Source: Pseudomonadota bacterium (GTDB taxonomy: Bacteria; Desulfobacterota; Desulfobacteria; Desulfobacterales; JBDRRP01). Taken from it: DNA of 64,000 bases. The position numbers and the translations under genes were made by a program. Positions within the stretch are counted from its first letter, which is position 1; each line of letters starts with the position of its first letter. Positions 50,390-59,731 of the stretch are shown piece after piece. The notes beneath the pieces are model-generated. The model saw nothing but the letters and a program-made list of their open reading frames with translations, searched no databases and was not told where the DNA came from. Location of the stretch: the NCBI GenBank assembly GCA_043825735.1, contig JBDRRP010000041.1, forward strand, positions 1 to 64,000, given 5' to 3'.

Positions 50390-50844
50390 TGCTGACCGAA
50401 AACGATATCGCCGTATTCATCGACGGCACCAAACACTATTTCAAGACCAGCACCGATGAAGCGGTGGTGGTGGAGACCCCCTATCTAGTGTCCACGGAAG
50501 ATCTCGTCATCAGCGACTTCACGGGGGTCATCGGCATCTCCGGAGATCGCAAGGGCATCGTATTCGTCACCGCCCAGCAGGCGATGCTGAGGTATCTCGT
50601 CCTGAGCCTGGGCGAGAAAACGGCCGATCCGGAATTGATCAGGGACGTCATCGGTGAAGTGGCCAATACCATATCGGGCAACGCGCGCCGGCAGTACGGT
50701 CCCGGTTTCATGATCTCGGTGCCGCTCATTGTCCAGGGCAAACCCGTGCGGATGGGACTGCCCCGGGACCGGGACATGGACGGGTACGTCATTCCCTTCC
50801 GGTGGAAAAGCTTTCCGTTCCAGCTGGTGGTGTCCCTGAAGTAG
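50389..50844 (+). CDS. cheX: CheX phosphatase
   Basis: TGVIGISG, DVIGEVANTISGN (ExxN), ISVP. Start overlaps the regulator stop. Confidence 0.88.
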   Translation: MLTENDIAVFIDGTKHYFKTSTDEAVVVETPYLVSTEDLVISDFTGVIGISGDRKGIVFVTAQQAMLRYLVLSLGEKTADPELIRDVIGEVANTISGNARRQYGPGFMISVPLIVQGKPVRMGLPRDRDMDGYVIPFRWKSFPFQLVVSLK

Positions 50845-50852
50845 AAGCCGTC

Positions 50853-51527
50853 TCAAGAAAAGTCTTTTGAGCGCATCGTGCCCACCCACAAATGGCCTCT
50901 TTTGCCCCAGGGCGGCGTGTTTAAGCCCCTACACATCGCCGGGCCCCCTTCCGTGAAACGGGCGCTTTGCAAAAGATTTTTCCCGGAGCCGGCCAGGGCG
51001 ACCAGCTTATTGAAATCGTCTTCCCATGGACTCAGCCCCCCGCGGCCCCAGGAATAGGAGCCCCCGATCATCCGGCCCTGGTCGAAAAAGACCACCCCGC
51101 CCGCGTCGCCCGCACTCAGGTCGAGAAAACCCGAAAACCGCGCCTCTGAGTAGCCTTCGATGAGGTCCTGGAAAAAACGGCTCCGGGTGATGAACACGTC
51201 GTCCTGCCGGATGAAGGGCGGGATCTGGCTCCAGAAATACACGGCATTGAGATCGAGGTAGTGGACGCTGACCTGAAAGTTGCGGCGCCCCAGGGCCTCG
51301 ATGGCCGCTCCAAGCGCCAGCGGCCGCCGCAGTGGCTGTCGCCCGTCCTGGCAAAGGCAGTTGACGACCTCGACCGGGCTGAAATGGATCATGATTTCCT
51401 GCGCGATGGACCGGCAGTAAATGCTCCCGGAGCCGATCTCGCGCTGCATGTGCGCCACCAGACGGTCTAATTCCAGGAAATAGCTGTTCAGGCCTGTAAT
51501 TTTCGGCGTTTCTCTGGGTACGATCAT
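50853..51527 (-). CDS. hypothetical protein
   Basis: 224 aa ORF with protein-like composition (LNSYFLEL, GGVVFFDQGRMIGGSYSWG). Function not recognised. Confidence 0.65.
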   Translation of the reverse strand: MIVPRETPKITGLNSYFLELDRLVAHMQREIGSGSIYCRSIAQEIMIHFSPVEVVNCLCQDGRQPLRRPLALGAAIEALGRRNFQVSVHYLDLNAVYFWSQIPPFIRQDDVFITRSRFFQDLIEGYSEARFSGFLDLSAGDAGGVVFFDQGRMIGGSYSWGRGGLSPWEDDFNKLVALAGSGKNLLQSARFTEGGPAMCRGLNTPPWGKRGHLWVGTMRSKDFS

Positions 51528-51909
51528 AAGTTCCTACCGTTGAGGGAGACGTGCGCAGATCCAGCGGGTATCACCGGTGCCTTTTTGGGCGGCCATCTCG
51601 AAGAAGTCTTCACGCTTCTATAGGAAGCTCAAGTTGCCCGGTGGATCGGTCCATCGGAGCCTCGTCATGCGACATTCCTGATCCTGTCCGCCAATGGCGC
51701 CCCTCGGTTGGCGGGTGTTATCGGTATCGAAATCGAAATCGGATTTTTCGGATCTTTATTAGAACGCAAACTAGAGAATTTCAGATTATCTGAGGCATAT
51801 GAGGGGTATGTTGCGAAATGATTAGGAAGGCGTTAGGGCCGGCGCGAAGCGGCCAGGCGCCCCTGTCGACGGCGTGGGCCGGCTGCGAAGGGCGCCCCGG
51901 CCAACGGGG

Positions 51910-52656
51910 TCAACCGGACTGACGGCCCGCCGCGGCGGCCACGAAGGCGCTGAAGATGCGCCGCGCCGCCGGGTCACAGCGCCAGAGCCCCTCCGGGTGC
52001 CACTGTATGCCCAGAAGAAAGGGCTTGGTAGGATCTTCCACGGCCTCCACCAGTCCGTCGGGGGCCGTGGCCGAAACGGCCAGTCCCTGCCCCAAGTGCG
52101 CTATGCCCTGGTGGTGGCGGCCGTTGACCCACAGGGTTTTCTTCCTGACGATCCTCTGGAGCATCGTCCCGGGGACGACGGAAACGGTGTGGGTGGCCAC
52201 CGTGGGTGGCGCCTGCTGCCGGTGGCCGATGCTCTCGGGCCGCTGGCCGGCAATATCCTGAAACAGACTCCCGCCTCTGGAGACGTTGAGAAGCTGAATA
52301 CCGCGACAGACCGCCAGGACGGCCAGCCCCCGGCTTTCGGCGAGCGCCAGGGCCTCGAGCTCCATCCGGTCCCGGTCCTCGTCGATATCACCGATGCCGA
52401 CCGCCGGCATCTGGCCGTATCGCCGCGGATGCACGTCGGGCCCGCCGCTGAGCAGGAGCGCGTCCAGGCGGTCGATGACAGCCTCGAGCACGGGTCTCTT
52501 GGGCGATACCGGTATGATGACCGGCGCAGCGCCGCAGGCCGACAGGGCCTCACCATAATCGGCGAAGGCGTACTCCATGACACGGCCGGCGGAAATGGCG
52601 CTCCAGGCAGCGGCCATCTGCCGGGAACAAGTGATTCCGATCAACGGTCTGGACAT
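51910..52656 (-). CDS. gamma-glutamyl-gamma-aminobutyrate hydrolase family (peptidase C26)
   Basis: LLLSGGPDV, AVCRGIQLLN, VNGRHHQG, QWHPE. Confidence 0.9.
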   Translation of the reverse strand: MSRPLIGITCSRQMAAAWSAISAGRVMEYAFADYGEALSACGAAPVIIPVSPKRPVLEAVIDRLDALLLSGGPDVHPRRYGQMPAVGIGDIDEDRDRMELEALALAESRGLAVLAVCRGIQLLNVSRGGSLFQDIAGQRPESIGHRQQAPPTVATHTVSVVPGTMLQRIVRKKTLWVNGRHHQGIAHLGQGLAVSATAPDGLVEAVEDPTKPFLLGIQWHPEGLWRCDPAARRIFSAFVAAAAGRQSG

Positions 52657-52752
52657 GGCTGGGCGCTCCCCTGAGTACTGTCATTGCCGTCTTTCGGAGG
52701 AAATACCGCGATTTTTTCTTTTTTGTCAACAGGTTAGATAGTCGGCGGCAGA

Positions 52753-54234
52753 TCAGCTGGTAACAACGGGCAGCGACACACGAAAGGTGGTTCCCCCATT
52801 CGGCCCGTCTTCTACCGCGATATGGCCGTCGTGGGCATCAATGATGCCCCTAACGATCGAAAGCCCCAATCCCGTTCCCTGGATGTAACGGGTCTGTTCG
52901 TTTTTAATCCGGTAGAATCGATCGAAAACGCGGTTTTTTTCTGAATCGGCAATTCCGAAACCTGTATCGCTGACACGGATGGTGAGCGTGCCGGCGGCGG
53001 CAGCAGCGGCAACCGTCACCACGCCGGCATCGGGGGTGTACTTGATGGCGTTGGTGATCAGATTGGCCATCACTTCCTCCATGTTTCGGCGATCGGCCAG
53101 TACCACCGGCAGGTCATCGGCCACCGCAGTCGAAAGCCGAATGGACTTCGCCGCCGCCTGGGGCGCCACCAGGGCCACCTGTTCGCGGATGACTTCCGCC
53201 AGTTGGACGGGCTCTCGTTTTTGGACGAGCAGGCCCGATTCGATGGTGGCCAGATCGAGCAGTTCGGAGGTCATCTGACTGAGGCTTTCGACCTTTTTAG
53301 AAGCCCGCTCGAGGATCTGCTGCTGTTTGGCGGTAATGGTGCCGGCAAGACCGTCGAGCACGACCTGAAGCTGCATGAGCACCGAGTTCATGGGGCTGCG
53401 GATCTCATGACTCACCATGGAGACAAAATGTGATTTCATCTCGTCCATGCGCCGCAAGGCGGTGATGTCGTGAAGCACGGTGATCACCCCAACGGTGGTG
53501 CCGGATCGGTCACGAAACGGCACACAGCGGACACTGAGGATGACCTCCTGCACATCACCGCTGCCGGTGGCAGTGATCTCCTCGCTCAACTCGCCCACCG
53601 AGGCCGGGAGCAGCCGAAGTGTGCGTCGGATCATTTCGCGCACCCGAACGTTTTCCACCAGATCGTCGACGGAAAGCCCGGCGCCGAGCCCGGCCCTGCA
53701 GCCGAGCATTCTCAAAAAAGCGGGGTTGGCCAGAACCGCGATGTTCTGACGATTGGTGCACATCACCCCGTCGGAGAGACTGTTGACCATGGTGCGCAGC
53801 CGCGACCGGGTGTTGGCAATGTCGCGCAGGGCCATGATGTGGCCAATGGCCTTGGCCACCACCACGCGCAGGTGATCGGGCGTGAACGGTTTGGGGATGA
53901 AATCGAAAGCGCCCTTTTTCATCGCCTCCACGGAGTGCTCCAGAGTGGCGTAGCCGGTGATGATGATGACGACGGTTTCCGGGTGATCGGCTTTGACCTG
54001 CGCAAGGACATCGAATCCCGACAGGTTGGGCATCATGAGATCCAGCAAAATGAGGTCGTAGTGGTTTTCAGTGATCTCCTTGACGCCCTGCCGGCCATCG
54101 GCGGCGATGTGCACCTCATAGTGCGCCTCCTCCAGAATCATCCGGCAGGCGTCACGGATCCGCTGCTCGTCATCCACCACCAAAATTTTCGGTGTATAAT
54201 TTTCCTGATAATTCAGCTCTGCGCTCATGCTCAT
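52753..54234 (-). CDS. receiver-PAS-histidine kinase
   Basis: N-terminal REC (LLDLMMP, KPF); VSHEIRSP, NAIKY, GTGLGL. Confidence 0.92.
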   Translation of the reverse strand: MSMSAELNYQENYTPKILVVDDEQRIRDACRMILEEAHYEVHIAADGRQGVKEITENHYDLILLDLMMPNLSGFDVLAQVKADHPETVVIIITGYATLEHSVEAMKKGAFDFIPKPFTPDHLRVVVAKAIGHIMALRDIANTRSRLRTMVNSLSDGVMCTNRQNIAVLANPAFLRMLGCRAGLGAGLSVDDLVENVRVREMIRRTLRLLPASVGELSEEITATGSGDVQEVILSVRCVPFRDRSGTTVGVITVLHDITALRRMDEMKSHFVSMVSHEIRSPMNSVLMQLQVVLDGLAGTITAKQQQILERASKKVESLSQMTSELLDLATIESGLLVQKREPVQLAEVIREQVALVAPQAAAKSIRLSTAVADDLPVVLADRRNMEEVMANLITNAIKYTPDAGVVTVAAAAAAGTLTIRVSDTGFGIADSEKNRVFDRFYRIKNEQTRYIQGTGLGLSIVRGIIDAHDGHIAVEDGPNGGTTFRVSLPVVTS

Positions 54235-54378
54235 GAACTTCTCCCGAACTCCGTAACGATGCTTCCGCAGCGATCACCCGAAAAAAAGACCTGGTCTGTG
54301 GCGGGCGGGACAACCGTCCGCTGCTTCACCCCCAACCGGAAAGGACGCGCCCCCAAGCCAGGCTGTCGATGGCCCGCC

Positions 54379-55905
54379 TCAGCCAACGGATTCCGGCATG
54401 CCCGTTACCATGTCCGAGAAGATCGGGAGCGTGATTAAAAATGTCGTGCCGCCGGGCCCCGTGCTTTTTACCGAGATCGTGCCGCCGTTGTCCTTGACGA
54501 TGCCGTAGGCGGTGCTCAAGCCCAGGCCGGTACCCCGGCCCGGCGCCTTGGTGGTGAAAAAAGGGTCAAAAATTCGCGAGAGGTTCTCACCGGGAATACC
54601 GCTGCCCGTATCGGCAACTTCCAGGCAGGCCTTCTTGTCTTCGCCACGGCCGTAGGTGCGCAGGGTCATGGTCCCTCTTTTATCCATGGCGTCGATGGCG
54701 TTTATCACCAGGTTGATCACGACCTGCCGCATCTGGTTGCGATCGGCGAGAACCGGCAACGGCATCGTCGCCAGCTCGCGGCGGGCGACAACATTGATGA
54801 ACAACTTCTGGTCCCGGATCAGGTTGAGGCTCTCTTCGACCAACTGGTTCAGGTGGAAGTACTCTCGCCGGGCGCTCGACTGCCGGCTGTAGGCCAAAAG
54901 ATGCTGAACGATATCCTTGCAGCGGCCGGCGTCCTCCAGGATGAAATCGAGGTGCCCGCGCACCGGGTCCTGGGGGGCCAGTTTCTCCAGCGCCATATTG
55001 CCGTAGAGAACAATGCCCGTCAGCGGATTGTTGATTTCGTGTGCCACTCCGGCCGCCAGCCGCCCCAGCGAGGCCATTTTCTCGGACTGAATCACCTGGG
55101 CCTCGGTCTCCCTGAGTTTTTGATCGAGTGCCATGCGGTCTCTCAGATCATTGTAAATCCCCATGGTCGCCAATTCTTCATCACGCTCGTAGATGATGGC
55201 GCCGGTCATTTCCACCGGGATGCGCTCCCCCGTGGCGGACTCGATATCGACCTTGGTGACGGTCAATTTGCCCGGTCCGCCGTAATCATCGCTGCGCAGC
55301 CGCTTCATGACCTCCTGGGCGCCCCCCTCGGGGTAGAGATCCCGCGTGGTGAGATGGCTGCCCTGGCTGAAGGAGCAGTCGAACAGCTTCTCGGCAGCCG
55401 GATTCATGAGAAGAATGCGCCCGCTGCGATCGGCGGCGACGATCGCGCTCGCCGAACTCAGGACGACCCGGTCCAGCAGCTGCCGGATGCCGTAAAAAGC
55501 CTGCTCCAGCCGCTTTGCCTTGGTGACATCCCGGAAGGACTCGATGATGTAAATCACCTTTCCGGCTTCATCCAGTATCGGTGAAAAGACCCGGTCTTCC
55601 CACCGGGTTTTCCCGTCACTGCCACGGATCCGGCGGATGATGGAGTGGCCGCAGCCGCTGGCCGCCGTCCTGTCCAGTGGACAGGACGACGCGGAGCAAA
55701 GTTCACCGTCTTCGATGACGTCGGCCGGCATGACATCCTGGCAAGTCTTGCCGACAATGTCTGCTTCAACGAAACCGGTCTTTTCGTAAAACCGGCGATT
55801 GGCCGATACGATAATGCGGTTCGGTCGGAGCACCAGCGTTGGAAAGGAAAGCGAGTCGAAAACCCGGGATTGCCAGTCGATTTGCGGCGGTGTGGCTGCA
55901 TTCAT
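54379..55905 (-). CDS. cytoplasmic PAS-PAS histidine kinase (NtrB-like)
   Basis: [35 protein letters not shown]. Confidence 0.9.
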   Translation of the reverse strand: MNAATPPQIDWQSRVFDSLSFPTLVLRPNRIIVSANRRFYEKTGFVEADIVGKTCQDVMPADVIEDGELCSASSCPLDRTAASGCGHSIIRRIRGSDGKTRWEDRVFSPILDEAGKVIYIIESFRDVTKAKRLEQAFYGIRQLLDRVVLSSASAIVAADRSGRILLMNPAAEKLFDCSFSQGSHLTTRDLYPEGGAQEVMKRLRSDDYGGPGKLTVTKVDIESATGERIPVEMTGAIIYERDEELATMGIYNDLRDRMALDQKLRETEAQVIQSEKMASLGRLAAGVAHEINNPLTGIVLYGNMALEKLAPQDPVRGHLDFILEDAGRCKDIVQHLLAYSRQSSARREYFHLNQLVEESLNLIRDQKLFINVVARRELATMPLPVLADRNQMRQVVINLVINAIDAMDKRGTMTLRTYGRGEDKKACLEVADTGSGIPGENLSRIFDPFFTTKAPGRGTGLGLSTAYGIVKDNGGTISVKSTGPGGTTFLITLPIFSDMVTGMPESVG

Positions 55906-56402
55906 GTTGTCTGTCCGGCTTCTGGTGACGGCACCACAAAGGCCGTTTGCAGCGCAGCCGATGCATCCGCTGCCCGGCCTTGCGGCACCACGACATAAAC
56001 GGAAGCGCCGCTGCAGGCTGCCGAGAGTACCGGCACGGATTTCGCCGCCAGCGCGTCGAAGGCCGCGGCGGCAATGCCGTAGCGGTCGCCGTAATGGGGA
56101 CCGTGAAAGAAAACGAGCTCGACCCCGCACACCACAGCCATCGGCCACTGCGCGCTTTCAGCCTCGGCCGGCATGGGCGGCGGTGCACTGGTCACGCAGT
56201 GAACCAGCAGCCGTCCTCCGTCAACAGGGGTGGCCGACACCATCATCAGCCGGCCCGTAAGGCTGGCCGGCGAGAAACTGCTCCGGTTCAAAACGGCCAT
56301 ACGAGCGGTGTCCACGACTGCAGAAAGAAGGCATAGCCCGGTTTCCACGCCAATGCCGTAAGTCTTGATCGGTTGCTCCGAATAGACGGCGATGGTTTCC
56401 AT
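55902..56402 (-). CDS. hypothetical protein with ACT-like C-terminus
   Basis: FHGPHYGDRYGIAAAAFDALAAKSVPV..SGASVYVVV resembles an aspartokinase ACT repeat. Translationally coupled to both neighbours. Confidence 0.65.
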   Translation of the reverse strand: METIAVYSEQPIKTYGIGVETGLCLLSAVVDTARMAVLNRSSFSPASLTGRLMMVSATPVDGGRLLVHCVTSAPPPMPAEAESAQWPMAVVCGVELVFFHGPHYGDRYGIAAAAFDALAAKSVPVLSAACSGASVYVVVPQGRAADASAALQTAFVVPSPEAGQTT

Positions 56403-56893
56403 TAGACCTGCTTGACGCACCACGGACGCTCCAGCGGTGCGTGATTTTCGGGTAAGTGCGCGATGGCGCGGACTTCTGAAACGGCCTCGGCCATCCGCCG
56501 GTAGTCCGTGGCGAAGGTCAACGTGGCCAAAGAAGAGGTGACGCAGTATACCGGCAGCCCGGCCCGAATGAATGCACTCAGAACGCCTTCGAGCAAATCC
56601 CCGCGCGATCGGTGCGGAAAAACGGTCAGTGTGCCCACGGGCGATATGACCCCCACCGTCACACCCGCGCCTTGCAGGAGCGGCTCTGCGGCCGCCCAAT
56701 CTTCGAGCGCGACCGCGCAGGTGCCGATGACGCTGCCCGCAGCAGCGGCCATCGTTACGAACGCCATGTTGATGCGGTGCCGGGCCAGCCGATCGAAGAG
56801 CAGGACAATCGGCGGGCTGTCGCCCGCCGACAAGTTGATCTGGACCAGTTCCGGGCTTTGCTTGAGCCCGCTGATGGACATTTTCGATTCCAT
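56402..56893 (-). CDS. ACT-domain protein (aspartokinase regulatory-domain-like)
   Basis: LFDRLARHRINMAFV; VLSAFIRAGLPVYCVTSSLATLTF. Confidence 0.65.
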   Translation of the reverse strand: MESKMSISGLKQSPELVQINLSAGDSPPIVLLFDRLARHRINMAFVTMAAAAGSVIGTCAVALEDWAAAEPLLQGAGVTVGVISPVGTLTVFPHRSRGDLLEGVLSAFIRAGLPVYCVTSSLATLTFATDYRRMAEAVSEVRAIAHLPENHAPLERPWCVKQV

Positions 56894-56899
56894 CCCGGC

Positions 56900-57289
56900 T
56901 CAGGACTGCAGATTGTCCGCAACGATCTCCATCAAGTTTTCCAGCTTGATGGGTTTGGGGATGTAATCGTCGGCCAGCGTGTTCTTCCCGTCCAGGTGGG
57001 TATAGTTGGTCGAAGAGACGGCATCGGCCACGGCGGTGAGCAGAATAACGACAATATCTTTATAATCGTCGGATTTCTTGAGCTCGTCACAGAGCTGGTA
57101 GCCGGTTTTTCGCGGCATCATCACGTCCAGAATCACCATGGCCGGCCGCCTGGCCTTGATGCGGTCCCAGGCTTCGACCCCGTCGTAGGCCTTGTCCACA
57201 GCATACCCTTCGCTTTCCAGCTTCATGGAAACCGATTCCACCAGATCCGGATCGTCGTCCACTACCAGAATCAATTGTTTCTTCGTCAT
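56900..57289 (-). CDS. single-domain response regulator
   Basis: LVVDDD, ILDVMMP, KP. AAGGAGG RBS upstream. Confidence 0.9.
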   Translation of the reverse strand: MTKKQLILVVDDDPDLVESVSMKLESEGYAVDKAYDGVEAWDRIKARRPAMVILDVMMPRKTGYQLCDELKKSDDYKDIVVILLTAVADAVSSTNYTHLDGKNTLADDYIPKPIKLENLMEIVADNLQS

Positions 57290-57357
57290 GTCACCGTCCT
57301 CCTTGCTTAATTAGATTGTTTATATTTTTGAGTCTTCTCCCATTTAGCTGGAGAAAA

Positions 57358-57580
57358 GGGTTCGAGGGGTCAAGGGGCCAAGGGGTCAAGTGACGGCATT
57401 AGGCGTTAATCAGTGATCTGGCGGCTGGCAGGCGATCCCGTCAGCATGTTAGCGGTGAGACCAAAACGCCCCCAATGCCGGTGTCCTAATGCCTTATGGA
57501 CCGCAAACGTATTTTTCTGTTTCTGTAGCTGTTTTTCACTCGATCCCTTGAACCCTTGGACCCTTGGACCCTTGAACCCT
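57358..57580. repeat. inverted arrays of 8-mer tandem repeats
   Basis: GGGTTCGAGGGGTCAAGGGGCCAAGGGGTCAAGTGA versus TCACTCGATCCCTTGAACCCTTGGACCCTTGGACCCTTGAACCC. Confidence 0.8.
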
Positions 57581-57663
57581 ATTGATCAACCAACTCTTTG
57601 GGAAATGACCCCTGTTTTTCAATCACTGCGTCGTGTGTGATTCCTGCCGACTGCGAGAGCCGA

Positions 57664-58593
57664 TCACCCTGCCACCACCGGCCGCGGGTATAGTCCGGAC
57701 CGCTCTACGATTTCAGGGACTTTCGCTTCCCACTCGATGGCCATGATATGGAACCCGGCCACCCCGGTCACTTCCTTGAGTTGCGCGATGGTCTCCACAC
57801 AGATGTCGATGCCTTCCTGGGCCTGTTTGTCCTTGGGCACGCCCGCCATTCGATCCACCATCGCCTGAGGAACGTCCATCCCGGGCACCTTGGTCTTCAT
57901 GTAGCGGGCCATGCCGGCCGACTTCATGGGGGTAACACCGGCCAGAATGGCGCACTTCTCGTGCAGACCCCGGTCGCAGACCCCGGCCATCCACAGCTTG
58001 AATTTCTCCACATTGTAGATGCACTGGGTCTGGATGAAATCGGCGCCGGCGGCGATCTTCTTGGCCAGGCGCGACACCCGCAGTTCAAATGGGTCGGCAA
58101 AGGGGTTGGCCGCCGCTCCGATGAACATCTTCGGCGGGCCGCTGATGTCCGCACCGCCCTGGAACTTGCCTTCATCGCGCATGCGGCGCACCATCTGCAC
58201 GAACTGGATGGAGTCGATATCGTGGACGTTGGCGGCCATGGGGTGATCGCCGAAACGGGTGTGATCGCCGGAAAGGCACATCATGGTGTTGATGCCGAGG
58301 GCATAAGCGCCAAGGATGTCGGCCTGCATGGCCAGGCGGTTACGGTCCCGGGTCACCATCTGCAGTACGGGATGAAGCCCCATCTGCCGTATCAGCACAC
58401 TGCCCGCAAAGCTCGACATGCGCACCATGGCGGTCTGGTTGTCCGTGACATTGACCGCATCGACATGGTCTTTGAGCAGCGCCGCTTTTCGCTTTACCGA
58501 TTCAGCGTCAGTGCCCCGGGGAGGGCCGCACTCGGAAGTGACGGCCAGGTTGCCGGATTTCAGCACTTTTTCGAGAACGCTCTGGGTATTCAT
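57664..58593 (-). CDS. metF: methylenetetrahydrofolate reductase catalytic subunit
   Basis: SECGPPRG, VNVTDNQTAMVRMSS, RDRNRLAMQAD, GADFIQTQ. Confidence 0.92.
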   Translation of the reverse strand: MNTQSVLEKVLKSGNLAVTSECGPPRGTDAESVKRKAALLKDHVDAVNVTDNQTAMVRMSSFAGSVLIRQMGLHPVLQMVTRDRNRLAMQADILGAYALGINTMMCLSGDHTRFGDHPMAANVHDIDSIQFVQMVRRMRDEGKFQGGADISGPPKMFIGAAANPFADPFELRVSRLAKKIAAGADFIQTQCIYNVEKFKLWMAGVCDRGLHEKCAILAGVTPMKSAGMARYMKTKVPGMDVPQAMVDRMAGVPKDKQAQEGIDICVETIAQLKEVTGVAGFHIMAIEWEAKVPEIVERSGLYPRPVVAG

Positions 58594-59258
58594 TCTGCCA
58601 TATCCTCCCTGATGATTTTCCGGGGACCGCCCCCACGCCCGGAGCGCCAGTCCTTGGCCGGCGTAATCTGTTCATACCGCTCTGAGATGCCGAGGGCTTT
58701 AAGCCGATCCCAGATCAACTGCCAGGCACAGTCCGTATCCGGGCTGATCTCGCATTTTCCCAGGGTCGAGCCGCCGCACGGGCCGTTGAGCAGTTGCTTG
58801 GCGCAGCGGGCGATCGGACAAATGCCCCCGGTGACCCCGAGCAGGCAGTCGCCGCAGCCCTGGCAACGCTCGGCCCAGACCCCCTGGCGTTCCGAAGCAC
58901 CCATGAACTTGGTGTTCACCGCCGGCAGTACGGGCTTGTCTTTGAAGCGGCGCGCCACTTCTTGAACACCGCAACCGCAGGCCATGGAAAGCACCGCATC
59001 GACGCCGTCGATCATGGGCACCAGTTCCTCGATGTACTCCGGGTCGCACTGACGCTCCAGCGTGTGCTCCCGGATGTGAAGGGTTTTGCCGTGCTTGAGC
59101 AGGGACATCTGCAGTGCCGCCGAAAGAATGCCCACCTCCTTTCGGCCACCGGCCGCACACACGGTCACGCACTCGTTGCACCCCACCAGCAAAATCCGGT
59201 TAAAGGGCCGCACACTGTCGATAATTTCTTCCAGGGGTTTTCGCTCTGCTGTGATCAT
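58590..59258 (-). CDS. metV: MTHFR small Fe-S/Zn subunit
   Basis: GCNECVTVC, ERCQGCGDC, ICPIARCAKQLLNGPCGG, CAW. Confidence 0.9.
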   Translation of the reverse strand: MITAERKPLEEIIDSVRPFNRILLVGCNECVTVCAAGGRKEVGILSAALQMSLLKHGKTLHIREHTLERQCDPEYIEELVPMIDGVDAVLSMACGCGVQEVARRFKDKPVLPAVNTKFMGASERQGVWAERCQGCGDCLLGVTGGICPIARCAKQLLNGPCGGSTLGKCEISPDTDCAWQLIWDRLKALGISERYEQITPAKDWRSGRGGGPRKIIREDMAE

Positions 59259-59299
59259 ATCGCTGTCATCTCCTTCATAGTCGCAGCGGGGTCGCAGGC

Positions 59300-59731
59300 T
59301 CAGGCGGCGGAGCGCGCCGCAGAACCGATCGGATTGGGACCCAGTTGCCGGATTTTTTCCGTAAACGCCGTGGCGATATCGGCAAACCGCTCGCCCATGC
59401 CCGCGGACATGTTGACCATGGCCACACGCTCACCGCCGATGCCGATCTCGTCCAGGAGCGACTGAACTGCCGCCACGCGCCGGGCCGCCCGGAGGTTGCC
59501 GTTTTTGAAATGGCAATCGCCGTCCAGGCAGCCGGCCACATAGACACCGTCGGCGCCTTTTTGAAACGCCGTGAGGATATGAATGGTATCGACCTTGCCC
59601 GAGCACGGCACCCGCACGATTTTGACGTTGGCCGGGTAGCACAGGCGCTGGCTGCCGGCCATGTCGGCCGCCGTGTAGGCGCAGTAGTGGCAACAGAAGG
59701 CCACGATGACCGGTTCGTAAGTTTCCATCAT
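59300..59731 (-). CDS. mvhD: methyl-viologen-reducing hydrogenase delta subunit (2Fe-2S)
   Basis: FCCHYCAYTAADMAG, RVPCSGKV, GADGVYVAGCLDGDCHF. Confidence 0.92.
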   Translation of the reverse strand: MMETYEPVIVAFCCHYCAYTAADMAGSQRLCYPANVKIVRVPCSGKVDTIHILTAFQKGADGVYVAGCLDGDCHFKNGNLRAARRVAAVQSLLDEIGIGGERVAMVNMSAGMGERFADIATAFTEKIRQLGPNPIGSAARSAA

